64,000 bases of DNA from Felis catus (lineage: Eukaryota), in contig NC_058368.1 of the NCBI RefSeq assembly GCF_018350175.1, positions 163,186,001-163,250,000 of the forward strand. Direction: 5' to 3'. How positions within the stretch are numbered: the stretch's first letter is position 1; each line of letters begins with the position of its first letter. Below are positions 24,251 through 35,198 of the stretch, piece by piece. Under the pieces are notes generated by a model, which saw only the letters and a program-made list of their open reading frames with translations, did not search any database and had not been told where the DNA came from. The translations under genes and the position numbers were made by a program.

Positions 24251-24466
24251 TGCAGTTTCTTAACCTTAGTAATACTTTTCACATTTTAGGCCAGGGAATT
24301 CTTTATTTAGGGGAGCTGTCCTTGTGTTGGAAGATGTTTAGCAGCAATCCCTGGCTTCTACCCACTCGATGCCAGCGCTCTCCCCTAGTTGTGATAAACA
24401 AAAATGAATTCAGACATTGCCAAATGTCTCTTGGGGGGTGAAGCTACTCCAGGTTGAGATGCGTTA
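24251..24466 (-). mobile_element. MER20 hAT-Charlie MITE
   Basis: GATGTTTAGCAGCAATCCCTGGCTTCTACCCACTCGATGCCAG...CAGACATTGCCAAATGTCTCTTGGGGGG...GGTTGAGA; source of ORF 24151. Confidence 0.9.
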
Positions 24467-25189
24467 CTCTGAGGTCTCTACCAGCTCCCCAAATCTGTCA
24501 TTAGAATTATGTAATCTTTGTTTATATGGATAAAAAACATTGCATACCACACTAATAGGTAGTATTAATTTTTCTGTCAGGCTCAGCACTAATGGAGGCT
24601 TTTACCAATTTCTCATTCTTGATTTTCTAGTTATTCAACAGTGGGATTATTTTATTTCCTGGCTTTGGAGGGGTAGGAAGTATGTACAGTGTAGGATGAT
24701 AAATTTCTTAGTATGAGAAAAATGAGAATTTCAAGAAAAACTACCCTAAGAAGACCCTCTGATAGGTAGGAGTTCATGGAATTCCTTTCTGACAAGTTTG
24801 ACATTGATGTTAAAGGTTACAAAATTAGAATTTCAGTTCTGCAGGAAATATTAGAAATTCTATGGGTACTTTCTCATTTTACAGATGAGAAAAGGACTAA
24901 AAGCTAAAGTGCGGTCATAGTTTCAGTGTGAACCAGTACTTTAATAAATCTCACGGGTGTCTCCCTGATGCTCTTTGTACATTACAATGTCTCCCAACCA
25001 GGCTATATTTGTAAAAATAGTTCTGCTTTTTTGCAAGCTCTGACTCTTGATGCGACATGAAAGACAAAATAATACTTTTCTTTAAAACCTTGATGTCCAT
25101 CATGCTTGCCAGGAAAAACAAGTGAGAAGGTTCACTATCAGATACAGGGACTTATATTCCTAGATTAAACAGAAATGTTTTTAATACTA

Positions 25190-25410
25190 ATGTTAATAAC
25201 ACCACTTGCATGAAGCTTTTGTGGACTAGGCCTTTTTCCAAGAATTGTATCTTTTAATTCTTACAATAGCCCTATGAAGTAGATACTGCTTTTATCATCC
25301 CCCTTAATGTAGGTGAGGTGCCAAGAGCCCAAGAAGCCTGCCCAAGGTCATGGGGTTCCTACGTGGCAGAGCTGGGATCTAAGGCCAGTCGACTGCCAGA
25401 TCCCACGCTC
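25190..25410 (-). mobile_element. MIR
   Basis: TTTAATTCTTACAATAGCCCTATGAAGTAGATACT...CCTGCCCAAGGTCA...GTGGCAGAGCTGGGATCT. Confidence 0.8.
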
Positions 25411-26556
25411 TTGTTCGCTATCTGCTCCAGTCTACTTGCTTCAAGCCTTAAGCACGGAACTCATGAAGGACAGATAGCTGTTACATCCTGCTGGTGAAAT
25501 TGGTATTCTTAGCAGTTAAACGTTTGGAGCATTTCAAACCTGAACACTTTCGGGACACATTCTATTTTCTCCAAACATGAAATCATTCTTCACACTTCTC
25601 CAACATTTACACCGAAGGTGAACTCACTCTTTATAGGGTATAAGAGCTCCTTTCATCTTGTCCATATCTGAAGCAAGTAAAGCAGAATTCTGGCATGAAG
25701 TTCATAGCAGGAAGGAACCAGGATCTGAAATGAAAGGATTATATGAAGTCATCTTCCTTTTTGTTTTACCCTTTGTTATTCTCCCAGGGGAAGGAGAAAG
25801 GATTTTGAAAACGTTTATTGCAAAATGAGTTCAAACTCATATATATTTGATTGACAGCTATAAGTAGAAAGAAAGAAAAATCCAACCCTTACTTAGGTAA
25901 GACAGTTGATGGAAAACCATCTGTATTTATTGAGAAGTGAATGAAAACCTTTTCAAAGGTAATATTTAAAAAATCAAAATAGCATTGCAGGGTTTAGAAG
26001 TATTTCCAAAGTCAATATTAGGTTTGTAAGTGCAGCTAGTAGAGAAGGCAGAATCAATTAAGTTCTATATTTCCAGTGCTTTCTCTCTTTCTCTCTGGTT
26101 TTATATATTATTGGTGATACTGGTATAGGCAACACGTTGGCTTCTTTTTTCCATTTACCTTTTTTTTTTTTAAAGAAATTGTGCTTTTGTGAAAAGTATT
26201 TCTTAAAATTTTCATTCTTTCCATATACTCTCCATACTGTTGGTAGTGTTTAAATCTCTAAAGGGCTTTCATTTCCAGGTTTTTATTTCCTAGTTGGCAG
26301 CCGCACTTTTACACCTTCGTGCAGATGGAAACTTGGCAGGAAAGTTGTACATCAGGGTGTGTTTCTGTGGGGGATTCGAAGACAGGAAAGGAAGATGCTC
26401 AAATAAAAAGAAAGTTTTTCATTCAGTATGATCTCAGCTGGTGTTGTATATTACTCAGTTCATTCATTTACCTTATGAACTGAATGTTTAGATTTGCTGT
26501 CATGCTCAGGAGGGGTTACACAATTTGTTGGGCCCGGTTTGAAATGAAAATGTGGG

Positions 26557-26610
26557 TAGGGCTACCAGACTGAGCAAATAAGAATAGGGGACACCTGGCT
26601 ACATTTGTGG
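26557..26610. mobile_element. MER53-like terminal fragment
   Basis: TAGGGCTACCAGACTGAGCAAATAAGAATAGGGGACACC resembles MER53 end TAGGGTTGCCAGATTTAGCAAATAAAAATACAGGACGCC. Confidence 0.55.
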
Positions 26611-26675
26611 GTTTTGGGTTTTTTTTTTCAGTGTTATTGAGGTATAATTGATAAATAAACTCTGTATATGTTTAA

Positions 26676-26696
26676 TTTTTTTTAATGTTTATCATT

Positions 26697-26733
<37 letters not shown>

Positions 26734-26899
26734 AAGAGGCAAGGGGCAGAGAGAGGAGACACAGAATCTGAAGCAGGCTCCAGGATCTGAGCTGTCAGCA
26801 CAGAATCCAAGGTGGAGCAAGATCCTTGGATCACAGACCGCAAGATCATGATCTGAGCTGAAGTCAGCCCCTTAACTCACTGAGCCACCCAAGCGCCCC
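26676..26899 (-). mobile_element. Can-SINE
   Basis: TSD AA(C/A)TCTGTATAT(G/T)TTTAA on both sides. Confidence 0.95.
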
Positions 26900-27079
26900 T
26901 CAAATCTGTATATTTTTAAGATGCACAACCTGATGTTTTGCTATAGGTATACATTGTGAATCTGACAGATTCAGTCAAGCTAATTAACATATCCATCAGG
27001 CCATATAGTTACCATTTTTTTGTGTGTGGTGAGAACACTTAAGATCTATCCTCTTTGCAAATTTCAAGTACACAATACA

Positions 27080-27300
27080 GGGATGTCTGGGTGGTTCAGT
27101 CGGTTAAGCTTCTGACTTCAGCTCAAGTCTTGGTCACATGGTTTGATTCATGGGTTCAAGCCCTGCGTGGGGCTCTGTGCTGACAACTCAGAGCCTGGTG
27201 CCTGTTTTGGATTGTGTGTCTCCCTCTCGCTCTGCCCCTGCCCTGCTTGCACTCTGTCTCTCTCAAAAACAAATATTAAAATTTAAAAAAAGAATTTAAA
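27080..27300 (+). mobile_element. Can-SINE
   Basis: TSD TTCAAG(T/C)ACACAATACA on both sides. Confidence 0.95.
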
Positions 27301-27324
27301 TTCAAGCACACAATACAGTTCACA

Positions 27325-27856
27325 ATAGTGTGCAAATCAGAATCACCTGGAGGATTTAAAAAAAACTCCACACAATGAAATCCTGCATGTATTTGGTTGA
27401 GGGTGTATGGCAGGGCATTTTATGAAACGTCCCCACGTAGTTTTATTTTTTTTTTTAATTTTTTTTTTAACGTTTATTTATTTTTGAGACAGAGACAGAG
27501 CATGAAGGGGGGAGGGGCAGAGAGAGAGAAGGAGACACAGAATCGGAAGCAGGCTCCAGGCTCTGAGCCATCAGCCCAGAGCCTGACGGGGGGCTCGAAC
27601 TCACGGACCGCGAGATCGTGACCTGGCTGAAGTTGGACGCTTAACCACTGCGCCACCCAGGCGTCCCCCCCACGTAGTTTTAAAGTGTGGTCTCTGGCCC
27701 AGCAGCATTATAACCACCTAGGAACTTGTAGGAAATGCAGATTCTTGGGCCCCATCCTAGTCCGGTCAACTCGGGAAGGGAGAGGGGTCTTATGGCAATC
27801 TGTTTTAACAAGCCTTTCTGGTGAATGTAATATACTTTATAGTTTGGAAATCCTGC
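27325..27856. mobile_element. Two adjacent MER5-family MITE pieces separated by a SINE
   Basis: ATCAGAATCACCTGGAGG (27336 onward) and AAAGTGTGGTC...CCAGCAGCAT...GGAACTTGTAGGAAATGCAGATTCTTGGGCCCCA...TTTTAACAAGC...AGTTTGGAAATCCTG (27682-27855). Confidence 0.75.
27446..27667 (-). mobile_element. Very young Can-SINE (SINEC_Fc)
   Basis: CpG-rich; perfect TSD CCCCACGTAGTTTTA at 27431-27445 and 27668-27682. Confidence 0.98.
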
Positions 27857-27860
27857 TTTA

Positions 27861-28073
27861 TTTTTTTTTAATTTTTTAAATGCTTATTTTTGAGAGACAG
27901 AGTGAGACAGAGTGCAAGCGGGGGAGGGGCAAAGAGAGAGGGAGACAGAATCCGAAGTAGGCTCCAGCCTCTGAGCTGTCTGCACAGAACCTGATGTGGG
28001 GCTTGGTCCCACAAACCGTGAGATCATGACCTGAGCTGAAGTCAGACACTCAGCTGTGCCACCCAGGTGTCCC
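27861..28073 (-). mobile_element. Can-SINE
   Basis: TSD TGGAAAT(C/T)CTGCTTTA at 27845-27860 and 28074-28089. Confidence 0.96.
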
Positions 28074-28099
28074 TGGAAATTCTGCTTTAAATGATTGGA

Positions 28100-28580
28100 A
28101 ACTTAAAAGCTTTTAATTTTCTTTTTATGTTAGAAGAGAACTCTGATAGAGATGTATGAAGGACTGATTAAAGAATAAACCAGAGGATAAAGCAGTCTGT
28201 TAGAAGCTGTTACCATTACAGGTTCCTGGGGTAAGAAAATGGGGCTCAGAACTGGAGCAGTGAATACAGCAATGAAGGCAGGTGACAGATTCAGGAGATG
28301 TGCCAGAGATAGAATTGGCAGAATATTGTGATGAATGATTGCATTGAAGGTATTGAAAGAGAGCATGGGCTGAAAAAAATATGAAGTTTCTTTTTTGGTT
28401 GATTAGATGATGTGATTAAACAAGGTAGAAATGCGTTTGGGAAGTGTAAGCTTGGGGGAAAAGATAAACCTGTTGAATATGAAGTGACCTTAACCATCCA
28501 AGAGGTTTCTTGCCTAAAATTTGGCTCCAGAACTTTGAAAGCAAATGGGGATTAGGGGGGAATTGTGAGTTCTCACTATG
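28100..28580 (-). mobile_element. L2 fragment
   Basis: GTTAGAAGCTGTTACCAT...CAGATTCAGGAGAT...ATAGAATTGGCAGAAT..TTGTGATG purine-rich reverse L2 pattern. Confidence 0.6.
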
Positions 28581-28919
28581 GTATTTACATTTTTAAAATC
28601 ACTCATTTAAATGGTTATATATGTACTAAATTTTATATATGTACTAAACATGTCCATTTCACATCAGATTGAACCAAAGATGATGAACTTTAAACACATC
28701 TGTAAACTCTCTTATTTGGATCATTTATATGGAGTTATTTTTAGTAATTAATAAAATCTGTAGAATATGTTAGCAAAATTATAGTAAAACAAAAGTTACT
28801 TTTTGTAAACTTCCATTCTTGGGTCAAACATACACAAAAGATATTCATTTTAGAGAAAGAACTGAGATAGGAAAAAGAAAAAAAATCTTGTTGCAGCTTT
28901 TAATTAAAGGAGGTGGTTT

Positions 28920-29150
28920 GTGTCATGATTAAAACTACAGGTTCTGGAGCTAGACTGAGTTACACCCACTTACAGGAGTAGTGACTTTGGACATAGTACT
29001 TACACTCTGTGCTTTCGCTTCCTTGTTTGCAAAGTGGCTTAGTTGGTTGGTATTATCCATTTTATAGGGTTTTATAAGCATTGATGAATTCATTTCTAAA
29101 AGTATTTTGGAAAGTGCCTCGCATTTAGTTAGCCATAATTAAATTTAAGC
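28920..29150 (+). mobile_element. MIR
   Basis: TTCTGGAGCTAGACTG...GTGACTTTGGACATAGTACTTACACTCTGTGCTTTC...GAAAGTGCCT. Confidence 0.75.
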
Positions 29151-31760
29151 TCTTCCTAATACTGAAAACAAATTTTCCCTCTTTCTACTTGGTCTTACTT
29201 TCTAAATTGCTGCTGTTAACAGTTTCTGAGTCTTCTGTTATTTCTGTCATTTTTATGAACTTCTGAACATTGAAGGGAAGATTACAAACCAGCAGATTTC
29301 TAGGAATTGTATTCTGAAACGTTCATGGAGAAAAAGTAGAAAATACCAAAAACGTAGTACAATTTATATATATATGAAAACTAAACCTTGCCTTTCAGTT
29401 TTGACACATTCCAGTTTATTAGCTAAAAGTTTACGGTCAGGAGGACCTAGGCTCCAAATTCTTTACAACTTTAAATCTATTCCATTAATCTTCATTCTGA
29501 GTAGTCAGTAGCAAATCAATAATTTACTCTGAACAGGAATAAGTAAATTACTACTCTTTTGATGCAAAGTATAAAGGTCAAGAATATATCATAACAATTT
29601 CTATATCAAAAGTTATGTGAAAGAAAGCTACCAAGCAAAGTGTGATTATAATTAGGTATAATAATGATAATTCCCAGCTGTAACATTTGACCCTTACAAC
29701 GCAGTGAGAAGGTAGCACCTCTGGAAGCAGAAAATCATCTTATTCTTCTATCTGAGATTTGTAAATTAAAACTGTTCATCACCACTCTTGAATTATAATG
29801 GCATGACTTTCACTTTAAATCTTCCCTTAGTTTAGAAATCATTATGCAGATGTAAAGGCCAGGGAGAAATGCTCCATCTTTAACATTTTGCTTATCCTCT
29901 TCAAAAATGGTTTTACAATCCACATTTTCCCATTTCAGTTGAGGTGGGGAGCTCGCAGAAGAAGAATAGATGTAGTCCGGGGTATTTGTATGTCCAGGTC
30001 CTATCAGACCCATAGGACTCTTGTAACTTGGGCATATGCCCAGCCAGGTTCTAAATATAGCTTTCACGATCCTGTGCTACTTGGAATTCTTGTGTTCTGG
30101 GAATGCCCATGGTTGGAGTCAGTAAAAGGTATGGAAAATATGCCACGTTATGGTTTAAGTGCCTAAACTCAAACTTCACTTACCGCAGTCACCTTTACTT
30201 CCAGAAGAAAACTGTTGTGCAACTCTCACCAAGGAAATCCAAATTAACGATACTCATGGGGGGCAAGTTGAGGTGTGGATTCTTTGGCAAAACAGATAGG
30301 GCTTTACAAAAAAACTAATGTTGGATATTCTCAGGAAATATTGGTTATTTCCAGTATTGATCAATAGGCTCCCATCTAAGGAATTGAAGTTCTCTATGTT
30401 AGGATTTAGCATGTATAGTGAGTACATTTTTGGGATTTATTAAGTGATGCATATATTATAGATATTTCAAAGTTGTTAGTATCAGTGTTGATGGATTTGG
30501 CAAAATAGATTCTTTAATTTTTTTTTCAATTTGGTTTATTCATTTAATATTGCAAAATGGTGGCATCCTAACTCTATCATTCTATCTTCACTTTACTTTT
30601 TGATTTAAGAGCTAAAATTGTATCACATCGTTGAAAACTTCTTGTTCTTCCTCACTGTTAAAATAGTTGAGGGAAGTCTTGTCCTATTTCAATTAATTTG
30701 TATTTCCACAGCTCTAACTGACTTCAGTATCAATCACTGGACCCTAGTAACATAAATCGTATATTTGATGTCTTGGAGGAGAAATGAACAGATATGAAGT
30801 AATTTTCTATTATAACTTAATCACATAATTCAGCTTGCTTCAAATTGTTTGTTAACAATGTGTGACAATTTATGTATTAAAGATAAAAATTTATAATAAG
30901 TAACTGCCCACATACTTTACTTGAAGGGTAATTACCCTTCATAAAATCCATAATTCACCAGCTTTGATGAAGGTGGCAGTGAGTTATGATGGTCTTTACC
31001 TTGTCAGAAAGACTTTAATAACTTCATCATGCCACTGGTATCTTAAAATTATGGATTGTATGCAAGGCATAATAACTCTATTTCTTTTTGATAGAAACTA
31101 CATTTCTCTTCTCAAGTGGTCAGTAATTCACAGTTAGGAATTCAAATTGGCTTTGTATCTCTAGAGTATATTTCCACTCACTATAGTGATGAAATGCCTT
31201 TAGTATATTTACATAGTTTTAAAAACTACTCACATATTGATGTGAGTATAATCCTCACATATTAATTTTTTTATATAGTGGAATCCTTTTGTAGTACCAC
31301 TGAATAACAGATAGTAATATTTATATTCTGGGCCAGGTATATTAGATCTGGCTTTTATGGTGGTATGAAATTAAATATTGTGTTGAGAGGGAGGGTCATG
31401 ATTTGATCTGAAACATACTACCTTGTTCTTACTCTATTTGGTTGAAGTTCTTCCTGTTAAGTAACTATTAGTTTAACAGCAGAATTGTGAGCATTGTGGT
31501 GGGCATTTTCAAAATATGTATGTGTTACTTGGAAGTGGGAGGTAAGAATATGTTAATAGTTGGAGGGGAACATATCAGCTACAAAAACAGAATGGCTTGG
31601 TGGTTTAAGTGCCCTGATGATTCACACTGAAAAGCAGAGAATACAAAATGTGGGGAAACAGGAAGAGTATTTATGGATAACAGTACCAAAGAGCGATGCA
31701 CTTTGCTAGGGAAAAGTTGGCTAATGTTGTTATTAGCAGGGTTTATTAACTTGGTTTTTT

Positions 31761-31978
31761 TTTTAATTTTTTTTTCAACGTTTATTTATTTTTGGGACAG
31801 AGAGAGACAGAGCATGAACGGGGGAGGGTCAGAGAGAGGGGGAGACACAGAATTGGAAACAGGCTCTAGGCTCTGAGCCATCAGCCCAGAGCCTGACGCG
31901 GGGCTCGAACTCACGGACTGCGAGATCGTGACCTGGCTGAAGTCGGACGCTTAACCGGCTGCGCCACCCAGGCGCCCC
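31761..31978 (-). mobile_element. Very young Can-SINE (SINEC_Fc)
   Basis: CpG-rich, nearly identical to the 22147 copy; TSD TTAACTTGG(T/G)TTTTT at 31746-31760 and 31979-31993. Confidence 0.98.
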
Positions 31979-32117
31979 TTAACTTGGGTTTTTAAAGCAT
32001 ATCCTGAAAGAGAATAAAATAGCTATATTGCTGTTAAAAATTCAGTCCAGAGACTGAATTTGATACTGATTTTTAAAATATCAAAAGATATGTTTATTGA
32101 AAGTTGGAATTCTTAAA

Positions 32118-32672
32118 AGCAGAACTTACCTAGCAATTCTCTTTTGTGTTCATTCCCAGAAGATTTGAAATCAGGAACTTGAACAGATATTTGTACATCA
32201 GCGTGCATAGCAGCATTATTCATAATACCCGCAAGGTGGACATAACCCAAATGCCCATCAATGGATGAATGGATAAAGTGGGATATACATGCAGTGCATA
32301 TTAGTGTTAAAAAAGAAATGAAATTCTGACACCTGCTACAACATGGATTAACCTTGAAGACAGTGTGCTAACTGAAATAAGCCAGACATAAAAGGAAAAA
32401 TACTGTATGATTCCACTTGCATGAGGAACTTAGAGTGTTCAGATTCATAGAAATAGAAAATAGAATGGTAGCTGCCAAGGGCTGGGTAGGAGGCGGGCAG
32501 AGAATGGGGAGTAATTGTTGAATGGACACAGAATTTTGGTTTGGAAAAGATGCTAAAGTTTTGGAGATGGACCGTGGTGATGGTTGCACAATAATTTGAA
32601 TGGGACTTAATGTGAAGTCTAAAAATGGTGAAAAGGTAAATTTTATGCTATGTATATTCTACTTTAATAACA
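32118..32672 (+). mobile_element. L1 ORF2 end and 3' UTR (L1MB-like)
   Basis: CATAGCAGCATTATTCATAATA...CCCAAATGCCCATCAATGGATGAATGGATAAA...TACTGTATGATTCCACTT...GGTGATGGTTGCACAA. Confidence 0.9.
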
Positions 32673-34117
32673 GAAACAAAACTTACTAAAATGGTATCAT
32701 AAAGTAATAAAATGGTTCCAGTTAGAGAACAAACTAATAAGACATATAGAAGGGTTAGCTAATTATTCATATTCATAAATATTCAGTAGTCATCGTTAGA
32801 CTGAATTGGAGGAAATAAATTCCTTGTCTTGTATATGATCTAGGGAGTGATTTGCCTAAATAATTCAAAATATTTTCTTTCAGTACTTGACATAATTCAT
32901 AGAACATGGAAGATGCTCAGTAAATATTTGTTGATTGCTCTTTGTTTATTCAGGAAATTATAGTCATATCTTCATGTGCAAAGTAATCAGCTTAACTGTA
33001 CCTCGTTAAGCCTACTTATAAGCTCAGTGAACAGATAGAAAATATAACCTTTAAAATATAGACAATAAAACTGCAGTGTACAATATATTAGATTATGGGA
33101 ACTGGTATTTCTTAGTTATTATAAAATAGGCCAAGACTTTTTGTCATTGGTATTTAAAACAGTATTAGTATTATCTTGAGGAATGGATGATTCGTCGCCT
33201 GAAAGATTGGCTGTAGGGTTGATAGTGCTATTATCTTCATTTTATAGATGGACAGAGATGACTGTGGGTCTCGTGGCCATCTCAGTGCTTCTTTTACCAT
33301 GACCACAGCTTCATTTAAGCCTGTGGTTCTTATGAGGGTGATTTGACTATTTTCCCGGGCAGAAATCTAAGTGGCGATGCAGGAAACCTATCTAAATAGT
33401 ATGGTATTAGGTTACGTAACACTGCTTTTTCATATGGCTGGTTTTGCCAGGTTGAGAGTGATGCCACTGTGTATTTTTGTTGGCAGAGTTGATTTTAGTC
33501 TTTTATAGGAACATTATTTTCATTATTCTGAGCAGTATGATTCTAGTTATCAGAAACTATCTCCTACATAGGAACTTAGTTTTGTTTTTCTGAGTAATTA
33601 TGTTGTCTCCCCCTTCCCCCACCCCGGCCCATTACTTCTTGAATTATATTCATTCATTAGGCAACATTGGCAAATGCAAATGCAAAAAACAAAAACAAAA
33701 ACAAAAAACACAAAGGTAATGCTATTTTTTAAATTACCCATATTTTACCACTCAAAGATAAACACTGATATCATTTGTTTGCTTGCCAGCAGTTTTCCTG
33801 TTCTGCCCCGCATGTATGCACACACAGGAACAGAGATACAAAACTGGAAGACATAAAATTAGGATCGTAATGGTTACTGTATTTTATAACCTGCAATTTT
33901 TTTTTCACTGAGTGTTAAATAGTAAACATTTTCTCGTGTCACTAAATATTCTTTTACAGCTGCTTTCTAAGTAGCTGCATTGCCCTTTATTTTATGCCTA
34001 TACCAATTCTCTATTACTGGGATTTTAGAATATTATTCTGTTTTTGTTATTATAAATGGCAGTATGCTGGAAATACTTAGATTAATCTTTTGCCTATTTC
34101 TATTTATTTTCTTAAAA

Positions 34118-34274
34118 AAATTGTTTTTAAGTTTATTTATTTATTTTGAGAAAGACGGAGAACACAGGCAGGGGAGGGGCAGAGAGAGGGGAGACAGAAT
34201 CCCAAGCAGGCTCTCATGACCTGAGCTGAGATCAAGAGTTGGATGCTTAACCGACTGCGCCACCCAGGCACCCC
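34118..34274 (-). mobile_element. Can-SINE with internal deletion
   Basis: CAGGCTC joined directly to TCATGACCTGAG (middle segment absent); TSD TCTATTT(A/T)TTTTCTTAAAA. Confidence 0.92.
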
Positions 34275-34442
34275 TCTATTTTTTTTCTTAAAATAAATTC
34301 CTAGAAGTAGAGTTAAGTAAAGGAATATGAATATTTTTAAAAGGTGTTTGATCCATATATGCCAAATTGCCCTTCAGAAAGATTCTTCTGGTTTATACTT
34401 CTGTGATGTTCTATATGAGAGCAACAACTGCCCATTCTGGAA

Positions 34443-34445
<3 letters not shown>

Positions 34446-34495
<50 letters not shown>
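34446..34495. repeat. (TG)n microsatellite
   Basis: Direct reading. Confidence 0.97.
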
Positions 34496-34498
<3 letters not shown>

Positions 34499-34658
34499 AA
34501 CTGCCAATTAGAGAAATAAAGAATTATGATCGTTTATTTTAATTTTCAACGGTGACTTGAGCATTTTTTATATGATTGTTGAGCATTTATTTTTCTCCAT
34601 GTTGGGGTTAATCCTATGTGTTCCTCTTTTCTATTTGTAAGACTTATTTATATGCACA

Positions 34659-35198
34659 TGTAATGCCCCCGATTTCGAATCCGAGAGACCACCAAGGAGC
34701 CGATACCGATGCAAATGAATGAGGGTTTATTTGCAAGCTCGAGCTTGCGCCCAAGTATACCCGACACATCGGAGCAGCGACTTGGACTCCTAGGTTAAGA
34801 GGCGTAGCAGTTTTATAGGGGCCAGTGGCCGATGAGATTGTAACACACACAGAAACTTGCATAGTCATGTCAGTCCACACACAGGTGGCCAATTGAATTA
34901 CAATTTACCCTATAGTAACTGTTTGAACTAGCCTATCACTCTGGTCAGAATTGGCACGCAAGTTTGGCGGGCAAAAGGCGGGGTTTAAGAATTGGCGGTT
35001 AGGGGTTCCACATTCCTATATGAGCCAGTTTCCAGTAAGGGTGTGCTCAGCGGCTTGACTAGGATGGGGGAGTGTCTTAAGCAATAAGTAGGTCATGTGG
35101 GGGGTATAATGAGATGGTGGGTGTAGCACAAAATGGAGTTAGTCTTGCTTTGCTTGTCCAGGGGTAGGGGATTTTTGTTAAATTCCTTGGGTCCAACA
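34659..35198 (-). mobile_element. ERV1-type (class I) solo LTR, 540 bp
   Basis: TG...CA termini, 4-bp TSD CACA (34655-34658, 35199-35202); on minus strand CCAAT boxes, TATAAAA (34811-34817) and AATAAA (34726-34731) in U3-R-U5 order; CpG-rich versus flanks. Confidence 0.92.

Larger units (their letters stand above)
26620..27320 (-). mobile_element. L1 3' end (L1MA-like) interrupted by two SINEs
   Basis: TTATTGAGGTATAATTGA...ATACATTGTGAA...TCAAGCTAATTAACATATCCATCA...GTGAGAACACTTAAGATCTA...CAAATTTCAAGTACACAATACA. Confidence 0.85.
33860..34655 (-). mobile_element. Old L1 (L1ME-like) 3' fragment hosting SINE, (TG)n and LTR
   Basis: TAAATTCCTAGAAGTAGA...ATATGAATATTTTTAA...GCCAAATTGCCCTTCAGAAAG; continues after the LTR (TTAAAGATATT...TTGCAAATACTTT). 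Confidence 0.65.

Noticed and set aside
28615..28648. Tandem duplication TTATATATGTACTAAA x2 (also AATTTTCACGT x2 near 14763-14789)
   Set aside because: Ordinary slippage duplications, not an array
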